Assembly (NCBI RefSeq): GCF_018336915.1
Contig: NZ_CP064926.1
Coordinates: 210,001-242,000, forward strand
From: Acaryochloris marina S15
GTDB lineage: Bacteria > Cyanobacteriota > Cyanobacteriia > Thermosynechococcales > Thermosynechococcaceae
Direction of reading: 5' to 3'
Length of the DNA: 32,000 nt
Below the pieces are notes generated by a model. That model did not search any database. It worked only from the letters and a program-made list of their open reading frames with translations, and was not told where the DNA came from. Shown piece after piece: positions 20,467 through 28,750 of this stretch; positions within the stretch are counted from its first letter, which is position 1; each line of letters starts with the position of its first letter. The translations under genes and the position numbers were made by a program.

Positions 20467-21950
20467 CAATGTCACTGACTTAAGAAAGTAGAAAAGGGCT
20501 GTAAGTCTTGATAGATATAGAATCAAGACTTGCAATCCATCAATAATCTGCCTTCTACTATGTCTGAGTCAGCCGAAATTCTCAAGCACCAGTTTTCCCA
20601 AAGCCTGGGATTGCCCTGGACGGATATTCTTCCTGCTTCAATGCTGACCGACATCCTAGCAGAGGAATCAATCTCTTATCGCAACCGTGTGTATACGCCC
20701 ATCGTTACGTTGTGGGCCATGCTCTACCAAGCATTATCTGCAGACAAAAGCTTGCGCAACACGGTCAAATGCATCACCACCTGGCTCACTGCCGCAGGAA
20801 TCCAACCCCCATCATCAGATACAGGAGCCTACAGTAAAGCCCGAGGAAGATTACCTGAGTCCCTGCTGCAACGGTTAATTCCCGAAACCGCTAACCACCT
20901 AGAGCAAAGCATTCCCCAAGAACACCACTGGTGTGATCGAACAGTGAAAGTCTATGACGGCACGACAGTGCTGATGGCTGATAGTGCGGCGAACCAAGGG
21001 GAGTATCCTCAACATGGCAATCAGGCTCCTAGCTGTGGATTCCCCATTGCCCGTTTAGTGGTGTTTTTTTGCTTAATCACAGGGGCAGTGGTCTCAGCCT
21101 GCATTGCCCCCTGGAGCATGAGTGAAATCGTCATCAGTCAGCTGCTTTATGAGGATCTGGAGGTTGATGATGTGGCCATAGCAGATCAAGCCTATGGCAG
21201 CTATGTTGATCTAGCCCTGATTCAACAACAAGGAGCCGATGGGGTTTTACGTAAACATCATGCCCGTCATACAGACTTCCGTAAAGGACGTAAGAACGGG
21301 ATAGGAGACCACCAAGTTCAATGGCAAAAGCCCACACGGTGTCCCGCCCACATGAGTGCAACGGAGTTTGCAGAGATTCCCAAAACATTGACAGTCAGGG
21401 AGGTATCGCTACGTCTATCGCGTCGAGGCTTTCGAGACCAGTTCATTATCGTCGTCACGACTTTACTGGATGCTCAGCGCTATAGTGCTAAACAATTGAC
21501 TCGCTTGTACGGATGGCGATGGCAGGCGGCTGAAGTCAATTTGAGACACCTCAAAACCACCTTAAAGATGGAAATGCTCACGGCAAAGACACCTGAAATG
21601 GTGCGCAAGGATATTTGGTCTCATTTGCTAGGCTACAACTTATTGAGAAGTCTCATGGAACAGGCTGCCCCATGGGCAGAATATGACCGCTCTCGACTCT
21701 CTTTACAAGGGGCTCGACAACACTTTAATCAGATGCTGGTTTTGTTAGCAACGGCGACACAAGCGATACGTCAACGGTTGTATGCTCATCTGCTTGAAAA
21801 TATTGCTACTGACCTTCTGCCGGTTCGACCCCATCGGCTCGAACCCAGGGTCGTTAAACGAAGACCTAAGCCCTTCCCCAGAATGCGACAACCGCGCTCT
21901 GTCCTCAAAGCCAATCTGGCTGCTTGATTAAGCTTATCTCAGTGCCATTG
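20467..21950 (+). mobile_element. IS4-family insertion sequence (1484 bp)
   Basis: Terminal inverted repeats are CAATGTCACTGACTTAAG (20467-20484) and CAATGGCACTGAGATAAG (complement of 21933-21950), matching at 15/18. They are flanked by a perfect 12-bp direct repeat ATCTAGTTGCAT at 20455-20466 and 21951-21962. Confidence 0.9.
20560..21927 (+). CDS. IS4-family DDE transposase
   Basis: 455 aa from the first ATG (the track ORF begins at a TTG at 20530). The C-terminal signature YGWRWQAAEVNLRHLK is the Y-R-E-K block of IS4-type transposases. Confidence 0.88.
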   Translation: MSESAEILKHQFSQSLGLPWTDILPASMLTDILAEESISYRNRVYTPIVTLWAMLYQALSADKSLRNTVKCITTWLTAAGIQPPSSDTGAYSKARGRLPESLLQRLIPETANHLEQSIPQEHHWCDRTVKVYDGTTVLMADSAANQGEYPQHGNQAPSCGFPIARLVVFFCLITGAVVSACIAPWSMSEIVISQLLYEDLEVDDVAIADQAYGSYVDLALIQQQGADGVLRKHHARHTDFRKGRKNGIGDHQVQWQKPTRCPAHMSATEFAEIPKTLTVREVSLRLSRRGFRDQFIIVVTTLLDAQRYSAKQLTRLYGWRWQAAEVNLRHLKTTLKMEMLTAKTPEMVRKDIWSHLLGYNLLRSLMEQAAPWAEYDRSRLSLQGARQHFNQMLVLLATATQAIRQRLYAHLLENIATDLLPVRPHRLEPRVVKRRPKPFPRMRQPRSVLKANLAA

Positions 21951-22164
21951 ATCTAGTTGCATTGCTCGCATTGCTGATTCCTCCAAGGCTAGATGTAGAT
22001 CGCTCAATACTTTTGGGGCAGGGGATCTCCTCACAAATTCATCAAGTTTATTTCTTAAAGTCAAAGTAGAAGGAGATGACTCCCCAACCATTTCAAACAT
22101 AACGGTGCTTTATAAAACTTCTGTGGGGAGCATCCCAAACCAGTTGTGACAGCGAGGAGGCGTA

Positions 22165-22653
22165 ATGATGTCTATTGTCCTTCGTGATCCGTTCCGTAGT
22201 TTTGAACGCATGTATCCATTAGGTTGGGAACCTTTTCAAGAACTGGAAAGCTGGCAACGAGAGATGGATCGGATGTTTGGACGGTTAATGCCAATTTCTA
22301 AAGGGGATGGAGAAAAGAGTCTTACCTTTATGCCATCTGCGGAAATGGACGAAACCGATCAAGAAATCCATCTCAAATTTGAACTTCCTGGTCTTGATGC
22401 TAAGGATCTTGACATTGAAGTCACCAAAGATGCCGTTTTCATCCGAGGAGAACGCAAGACTGAAATTGAAGCAGAGTCAGAAGGGACCGTTCGATCTGAA
22501 TTCCACTATGGAAAATTTGAACGCGTTATCCCCATGCCCAGCCCCATTAAGACCGATAACGTTCAAGCAGAATTCAACAATGGGGTCTTGAGTCTCACCT
22601 TAGCGAAGTCTGAGGAGGATATGAAAAAGTCCGTTAAAGTAGCAATTAGCTAG
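22165..22653 (+). CDS. hspA: Small heat-shock protein, Hsp20/alpha-crystallin family
   Basis: 162 aa with alpha-crystallin domain blocks (DETDQEIHLKFELPGLDAKDLDIEV, FERVIPMP, AEFNNGVLSLTLAK). GAGGAGG lies 5 nt upstream of the ATG. Confidence 0.9.
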   Translation: MMSIVLRDPFRSFERMYPLGWEPFQELESWQREMDRMFGRLMPISKGDGEKSLTFMPSAEMDETDQEIHLKFELPGLDAKDLDIEVTKDAVFIRGERKTEIEAESEGTVRSEFHYGKFERVIPMPSPIKTDNVQAEFNNGVLSLTLAKSEEDMKKSVKVAIS

Positions 22654-22677
22654 ATTCTTAATTACTGTTTCGTGAGG

Positions 22678-22714
22678 CTGTGATCGCACCTTGAATATGA
22701 AGATGCGATCACAG
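22678..22714 (+). terminator. Hairpin after hspA (11-bp perfect stem CTGTGATCGCA/TGCGATCACAG, 15-nt loop)
   Basis: Read directly. It starts 25 nt after the hspA stop. No clear U-tract follows, so its terminator function is uncertain. Confidence 0.45.
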
Positions 22715-22907
22715 TGCTAATTGCTGGATTAATTTACAGATCACTGTCTTGTGACCCATGCTCTAGCCCCGAGAAAAAAACCGTGAGGTATTGCGAACCA
22801 GTCATGAGAAGTACTTGGCTATGTCCGACTCTGATGTTCCTGATACCAATTTGTGTTTTGGGATGTAATTTAGATAGGATCTAATCCTATGTTCATTCCA
22901 TAAGTAT

Positions 22908-23441
22908 ATGAGTCGAGTTAGTACAGTTAAACCGCATCTAACAGTGGATGAGGTGAAAGACAAAATTGCTACGGCTCCGACTGCCCGCTGTCAGCAAAAA
23001 TGGATGATTATTTATAACGCCCTGGTAGATCCTCGCCCAGCTATCGAAATAGCCACGCATACTGCTACTAGTCTTCGAACGGTCCATCAGGTGATTTCCG
23101 CTTACAATCGCCTAGGAGCAGCAGCAATTGCTCCTAGGGCTAAACGGAAGAAGAATCCCGGTGCTTATCTGAGTATCGAAGAAGAGATTGAATTTTTAGA
23201 ATCGTTTATTGAACGTGCTCAACAAGGTCATTTAACAACGGTTCAAGAGATCCAAACGGCCTTTGAGACTAAAGTGGAGACGTCAGTGGCACCCAGTACT
23301 ATCTATCGTTTGCTAGACCGACACGGATGGCGCAAACTCATGCCTCGTCCGTCCCATCCCAATGGAAACAAAGCGGCACGAGAGGCTTTTAAAAAACTTT
23401 CGGGGGCTGGTCCAAACCGCTGTAGCAGATCGCTCAGCTGA
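22908..23441 (+). CDS. IS630-family transposase, N-terminal HTH part (orfA)
   Basis: Helix-turn-helix-like N-terminus. It ends ...NKAAREAFKK just before the frame change at the A6 run (23390-23395). Confidence 0.8.
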   Translation: MSRVSTVKPHLTVDEVKDKIATAPTARCQQKWMIIYNALVDPRPAIEIATHTATSLRTVHQVISAYNRLGAAAIAPRAKRKKNPGAYLSIEEEIEFLESFIERAQQGHLTTVQEIQTAFETKVETSVAPSTIYRLLDRHGWRKLMPRPSHPNGNKAAREAFKKLSGAGPNRCSRSLS

Positions 23442-23970
23442 AGACCAACGTCCCATTGTGATCATGGCAGCAGACGAAGGGCGCTTTGGTCGTCTAGGGC
23501 AAGTAAGAAGAGCTTGGTGTGCTCCTGGAATTCGACCCGAAAGTGGGCAGCAGCTTGTCCGTGAATATCTCTATGGCTATGTTGCTGTTGCTCCTGCGTT
23601 AGGAAAGATGAGTGCTTTAGTCTTACCCTTTTCCAATACTCAGATGATGAACTTATTCCTAGCACAAGTGGCGGATGAATTTTCAGACTATTTTGTGGTG
23701 ATGCAGGTCGATGGAGCGTCTTACCACACCGGAAAGAAGCTCGTCATTCCAGACAATATACGCTTGATTGTTCAGCCTCCTCGAAGTCCACAACTCAATG
23801 CTGTAGAGCATATCTGGGAGGAGGTGAAAGAAAAGCACTTCTACAATCAGGTTTTTGATTCTTTAGATGAGGTATCCGATACCTTGTGCAAGGGACTCAA
23901 AGAACTCATGGATTTACCCGATAGGCTGACTTCTATGACCAATTTTCCTCATATGAGAATTACGATTTAA
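23362..23970 (+). CDS. IS630-family transposase, DDE catalytic part (orfB, +1 frame relative to orfA)
   Basis: DDE_3 blocks are present: IMAADEGRFG, MQVDGASYH, and PPRSPQLNAVEHIWEEVK. No plausible independent start is visible. The sequence NFRGLVQTAV continues the orfA protein if one A is skipped. Confidence 0.8.
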   Translation: METKRHERLLKNFRGLVQTAVADRSAEDQRPIVIMAADEGRFGRLGQVRRAWCAPGIRPESGQQLVREYLYGYVAVAPALGKMSALVLPFSNTQMMNLFLAQVADEFSDYFVVMQVDGASYHTGKKLVIPDNIRLIVQPPRSPQLNAVEHIWEEVKEKHFYNQVFDSLDEVSDTLCKGLKELMDLPDRLTSMTNFPHMRITI

Positions 23971-24146
23971 AACGCAAATTGGTATGACACCTTTTTCGAC
24001 ATAGTTCATACCTTGTTCTAAGGTGCTCCATAAGCTATTCGCTAAAATGGCACTATCTTACAGGTCTCTTGCTAAGCGCAAACTTGGCCTTTTCCTGCAG
24101 CCTTAAGTGGATGGTGTTATTGACGCATAAAGGCAGGAATTTTCAC

Positions 24147-24199
24147 ATGAATACTAAATCAGGTTATTTGTTCGGAGCAAAGCAGCACAGGCTCTACTA
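24147..24199 (+). pseudogene. 5' fragment (17 codons + 2 nt) of the alpha/beta hydrolase gene split by IS630 copy 2
   Basis: ATG AAT ACT ... CTC TAC TA reads MNTKSGYLFGAKQHRLY(Y). It joins in frame to the sequence after the IS. Confidence 0.8.
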
Positions 24200-25432
24200 T
24201 AGATCTACAGATAAAGATCCGTGATTAGCTAGGCAGCTTGTGTACCCAAGGTTTTGCAATATTTGCCCATTAAGACAGTAATTTCATTGGGAGTCTGACT
24301 AAAGTACAGTAGCCCCTCATCGACCTGCTGAACTAAGTCATCAAATTGCTTGAAGAACCGTAGGTGTGTGCTGCGTTTTTTGAGTTTCTTCCACAAGAAT
24401 TCAATTGGGTTGAAGTCAGGAGAATATGTGGGTAATTGGAAAGGAGTAAGGCGAGCGGATTGCTGGTCAAAGAACTGCTTAGTTGCTTTACTGGTGTGAT
24501 ATCTAGCCCCGTCCTGAATGAGAATAATATGCTTGTGAGTCTGCTGGAGTACTTGAGTTAGAAAAGCAGTATACCCTTCAGAATTGAAGCGTCCCGTCTG
24601 ACCTTGATAGAAGAACTGACCAGAATGATAATCAATTAATCCAAACACCTTGTAAGCCTTCCGTTTACCACTGGTGGGCAATGTTGGCTGGTCTCCACGA
24701 AGACTCCAGGTGTAGCTTAACGACCCCCACTGCGCAAAACTGGCCTCATCCCCAAATAAAATTAGGGCATCTTTGGCTGCTGATAAACGCAAAATCTCAG
24801 GCCATTTGTGTGTCATCCATTCTTGTCGCTTGGCTTCATTGAGATGAGCTGCAACAAACCGTGCTCTTTGAAATGAAAAGCCTAAGTTCCTCAGTAGAGT
24901 ACTCACATAATGGGGATGATAGGAAACATTGAAGCGTTTCGCAATCAGGTCTTGAACCATTAATGCACTCCAACAACCACACTCGTATCCAGCTTTGAGC
25001 GGACCTGCTTTAATCCATGACTTGAGCTGTTGTCGTTGCCGTGGAGTGAGTTTGCTGCGACGTCCTTGAGACGCTTTGTATCTAAAGCTAGCGATACCTC
25101 GTTTTAGAAATGCATGCAGATAATCCCTGATCGTTTGTTCGCCTAGTGCCAATGTTTCAGCTACCTGTGCCACTGAACCACCTTGACCAAGCTGCAATAA
25201 AGCACTAATACGTTTGACCAGACGTAAATTCTGACTCCCGTATGCCTGGCGCAGTTTAGCTTCAATCTTTTGCGTGTTGATTGGGTAAAGCGCAGTTTGA
25301 ATTGTGCGAGCATACTGGATGACCTCTGATAATCTTGAAATCCTTGCCAGAGCTAAGAGTATCAGGAGCTAGTTACTATATTTAATGAAGATGTAGTGTC
25401 GCTAAAACCACGGATGCTTTTCTGAAGATCTA
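24200..25432 (-). mobile_element. Second, unrelated IS630-family insertion sequence (1233 bp)
   Basis: Inverted ends of about 30 bp: TAGATCTACAGATAAAGATCCGTGATTAGC versus the complement TAGATCTTCAGAAAAGCATCCGTGGTTTTAGC. TA flanks both sides at 24198-24199 and 25433-25434. Confidence 0.88.
24229..25197 (-). CDS. IS630-family DDE transposase
   Basis: HTH region (SVAQVAETLALGEQTIRDY) and DDE_3 blocks (ILFGDEASF, LIQDGARYH, YSPDFNPIEFLWKKLK). The track start is a TTG. The frame stays open upstream to 25368 and encodes homologous-looking sequence (EAKLRQAYGSQNLRLVKRISALL) but contains no ATG. Confidence 0.85.
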   Translation of the reverse strand: MQLGQGGSVAQVAETLALGEQTIRDYLHAFLKRGIASFRYKASQGRRSKLTPRQRQQLKSWIKAGPLKAGYECGCWSALMVQDLIAKRFNVSYHPHYVSTLLRNLGFSFQRARFVAAHLNEAKRQEWMTHKWPEILRLSAAKDALILFGDEASFAQWGSLSYTWSLRGDQPTLPTSGKRKAYKVFGLIDYHSGQFFYQGQTGRFNSEGYTAFLTQVLQQTHKHIILIQDGARYHTSKATKQFFDQQSARLTPFQLPTYSPDFNPIEFLWKKLKKRSTHLRFFKQFDDLVQQVDEGLLYFSQTPNEITVLMGKYCKTLGTQAA

Positions 25433-26284
25433 TATCGAGCTTGGTTTCACGAACATCCTCCTCAAGCTGCGGTGGCAATCATCCACGGCCTCGGTAGCCA
25501 TGGCAGTACTTTTATAAATGCGGTCAATACCTTTGTTCCTCAGGATTATGCGGTCTATGTCTTAGATCTACGGGGGCATGGTCGCTCTTCTGGAGAGCGA
25601 GGCTATATCAACCACTGGTCAGAGTTTAGAGCCGATTTTCACATGTTTCTGCAGTTAGTTGAGTACCAACAGCCTAACGTTCCTCTCTTTGCCTGGGGAC
25701 ATAGTCTAGGCGGTGTAATTGTTCTGGATTACGTCCTACATTATTCCCATCAGCTGTTGGGCATCATTGTATCCGGTCTACCCATGGGAGCTGTTGGTGT
25801 TTTACCCTGGAAGTTAGCAATCGCTAGTCTTCTATCACAGCTATGGCCTCGATTTTCTCTCAATACGGGCATCGATCTAGCCAGTAATTCTAGCGATCCA
25901 GCCATCCTTCTAGACTATTCTCAGGATCCCCTGCAGCACACTCAAGGAACAGCTCGGTTAGCCACTGAGTTTCTCCGCACTCAAGCCGAATTACAAGCCC
26001 AGGCAACAAATATCCGTCTACCGCTGTTGATGCTCCATGGCAGCAACGATCAGACCGCTTCTCTCACCGAGAGCATAGCCTTTTTTCAAAAGGTCGGTAG
26101 CAAGACTAAACAACATCTAGAATATCCAGGAGCCTTTCACGACTTACACGCTGATCTGGATGCCCAAACAGTACTCGCTGATATAAGCCAATGGCTTCGT
26201 CAGCAGCTCACAACCTTTCAGAAGACCAAGGAACGACAGCTTAGTATAGTCAGCCTTTTGTGGTCTCTTCCAAAGAGCGAATGA
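25433..26284 (+). pseudogene. 3' part of IS-disrupted alpha/beta hydrolase (lysophospholipase / monoacylglycerol-lipase-like)
   Basis: The frame is open from the TA duplication (YRAWFHEHPPQAAVAIIHGLGSHG). It carries the nucleophile elbow GHSLGG, the acid LHGSNDQ and the histidine GAFHDL. Confidence 0.85.
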
Positions 26285-26390
26285 ATTCACGAATGATATC
26301 GGTCTTGGTCCGATGTGTTTTTTTCGCATAGCGGTCCAATATTTTTAGTTCATACTCTGGAACTCTTATGCAAAGCTGATTCTGGGCCAT
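26250..26390 (-). CDS. Ribbon-helix-helix (CopG/Arc/MetJ-like) DNA-binding protein, 46 aa
   Basis: Not on the ORF track because it is under 60 aa. Manual translation gives MAQNQLCIRVPEYELKILDRYAKKTHRTKTDIIREFIRSLEETTKG. The pattern is a beta-strand followed by two helices, with the typical R-[ST]-K-[ST]-x-[IL]IRE block. It overlaps the hydrolase 3' end convergently by 35 nt. Confidence 0.6.
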   Translation of the reverse strand: MAQNQLCIRVPEYELKILDRYAKKTHRTKTDIIREFIRSLEETTKG

Positions 26391-26392
26391 AT

Positions 26393-26411
26393 GTATAGAT
26401 ATATGCTATAC
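26393..26411. promoter_or_regulatory. Inverted repeat GTATAG-N7-CTATAC immediately upstream of the RHH start codon
   Basis: Read directly. It abuts the ATG of the RHH gene and may be an autoregulatory operator. Confidence 0.3.
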
Positions 26412-26673
26412 TGCGATTGTACCTTAAAAATTGTCATTCAACGCTACTGAGCATCTTTTAAGGTTCCAATTCAATGACCACGCTGTATTGATGCTATTCA
26501 AAATTATTCAAGCAGTGCTTCGGCATCGCTAATGCTCCTTATTGTTGTAGAAATAAGAAATTAGATCGCGTAGCTTTGCCAGAAGCCATCTCACATCAAT
26601 GAAAGCGCGGAATGGTTGAGGAGACCTAGCACCGTTTGTGGAAGAGAGTCGCAAGTAGTGGCTCAAGCGGATC

Positions 26674-28713
26674 ATGTTTACACCCAACGAGATTTACTGC
26701 CCACCCCCGCAGCCCGAGCATGAGGTCTTAGGGCGAACCCTACCATCACTGCTCGATGAAGCCTGCAAGAGCCATCCGAACGCCCAGGCATTTAATCATT
26801 GGACGAGAGAAGGCTGGGAACCCGTCTCATCACGGGCGTTCTGTACAACCACAGAGGAAATCGCTTTGGGCCTAAAAGAACTTGGGCTAGAGACGGGCGA
26901 TCGCATTGCCTTACTGATGCACAGTGATGTCAACTTCTGCCTAGCCGATATGGGCAGCTTGCTGGCACGCCTGATCAACGTCCCTGTTTATATGGGTGAA
27001 ACACCCGAAAACATGGTGTTTATTTTGCAGCACAGTGGTGCAACAGCCCTGATGTTGTCTGATCTGCAGGTGTTGAAGCAAGTTGCCCCTTGCCTACATG
27101 AAGTATCTACTCTGAAATTTGTTTTTATTGCTAATGGCCTTAACTCTTCGACTACTGAGGATGCTTTAACAAAACTTCGCGTCGATATTCCAGAGAGTAT
27201 CCAGCTAATTTCTTTGTCTACCGTGCGGGCGTGGGGGATAGAGCAATGGTCAGATCAATCCCGGAAGAATTTAAGGGCCGAGATTTCACCTGAAGATGTG
27301 GCCACGATTGTCTATGTTGCTGGTGCGACGGGACGTTGTCAGGCATTTAGAAGCCAGGTATTGCCTATCTTTCAGGCAGTGACGGCCCTTAGACAGCGAC
27401 TACAGCACGGTGCCCCCTACCTGTGTGAACTTCCAAAAGGGGTCATGCTTACCCATGAAAATCTGGCAGGGAATGCGCTGGCAGCGTTTAGCATTATGCC
27501 GGGTCTTCGAACCGGTCCCCAGGAAACGGTCCTTTCTTTTCTGCCGCTCACCCACGTTTTTGCTCGAGTAATGCTGTACGGGCATCTGAGTTATGGTCAT
27601 ACGATTTATTTCACGACGCCCCAGCGGATCGTTAAACATTTACGGGAAATCCAGCCTACCATTTTATCCACAGTGCCGCGTCTTTTAGAAAAGGTCTATC
27701 AAAAGATTCAGGAGCGAGGCCAACCATTGCCCCGTTTCAAACAGATAATCCTCAAGTGGGCGATCGATCTAGCTCAGCGATACCAGCTGGGACGTCAGTC
27801 TCACGGGCTCTATACCTTGCAGCTAAAACTAGCCGATCAGTTCGTGTATCGCCAATGGCGTCAAGGATTTGGGGGCGTCTCAGGTTCCTCCTTTGTGGCG
27901 GTGCTGCCCTCAAACCAGAGTTAGCCACGGTCTTCTCTGCTGCCGGAATTCCAGTCCTTCAAGGGTATGGTCTCACTCAAACGAGTGCTGTGCTGTGCGT
28001 GAATCGAGGGGAACTGAATCGAGCTGGAACAGTAGGGGTGCCTATCCCTGGTGTTGAAATTGAGATCGCACCCGATGACGAAATCTTGGCCAAAGCCCCT
28101 ACGTGATGAAAGGCTATTACAATAATCCAGTTGCAACCCAAGAAGCCATTGACGCGAAGGGCTGGTTCCATACTGGCGACTATGGAGAGATAACTGATGA
28201 TGGATTCTTGACCATTACCGGCCAGAAAAAAGTCTCTTTAAACTATCAACCGGTAAGTATGTAGCCCCTGAGCGCATTGAGCATCATCTTGTTCAATCCC
28301 CGTTAGTGGATTGGGCTTTGGCTGTGGGTAATCAGCGCCCTTACTGTGGTCTGCTCATTTTTCCCAATCGACGGAGACTGCAAAGATTGGCCAAGAAGCT
28401 GGGGTTACATCTTCCCCTTAACGAGATCGTAGACCATCCGCAGATTGTTGCTGAATATCAGTTACTGATCGATGCGGCTAATCAGAAACTCCCGGCGTGG
28501 TCAAGGATAAAACGCATTCGCCTAATACTTGAAACACTCACCGTTACCCATGGATTACTGACACCCTCCCGACGACTCGATCGGGAATCAACCTGCACAG
28601 CCTTCGCTGAAGAGATTGAGGATCTGTATAGCACGGTTGTGCCTTCTAGGATCCAGTCAGTTACTTCCCCTATCCTACCAGCATCTGCATCGCTGACGTT
28701 GGAAGCTTCTTAG
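26674..28713 (+). pseudogene. Long-chain acyl-CoA ligase (AMP-forming, FAA1/FadD-like), disrupted
   Basis: Homologous sequence runs through four successive frame segments: 26674-27870, 27870-28100, 28100-28240 and 28240-28713. Recognisable blocks are [53 protein letters not shown] and [14 protein letters not shown] 96-bp insertion sits in the P-loop. Confidence 0.85.
26897..26904. repeat. HIP1 palindrome GCGATCGC
   Basis: Exact octamer read in the sequence. Confidence 0.95.
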
Positions 28714-28750
28714 GGCTTCATTCCTGCTGAATTTATTGAGGTTTGTTGTT

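Larger units (their letters stand above)
22847..23982 (+). mobile_element. IS630/Tc1-mariner-family insertion sequence (1136 bp)
   Basis: The inverted ends are CCAATTTGTGTTTT and CCAATTTGCGTTTT (13/14 match). TA flanks both sides (22845-22846 and 23983-23984), which is the family's target duplication. Confidence 0.88.

Noticed and set aside
20257-20535. The full 92-aa track ORF taken as an intact small gene
   Set aside because: Its first 23 codons are read from the IS4 left end (20467-20535). Only the part from 20466 downward is ADH-like, so it is a chimeric read-through of an insertion junction.
21963-22164. Possible RNA thermometer in the hspA 5' leader
   Set aside because: I found only short complementarities (CTCCCC/GGGGAG, CTCCTC/GAGGAG). 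Without a mapped transcription start I could not build a convincing SD-sequestering hairpin.
20467-23982. hspA as cargo of a composite transposon bounded by the IS4 and IS630 elements
   Set aside because: The two elements belong to different families. Each has its own intact target duplication (12 bp and TA), which indicates independent simple insertions.
26144-26329. 61-aa minus-strand track ORF (MRKKHIGPRPISF...)
   Set aside because: It overlaps the same DNA as the 46-aa RHH reading but in another frame, with no motif. It also lies mostly inside the hydrolase 3' end. The RHH frame is far more protein-like.
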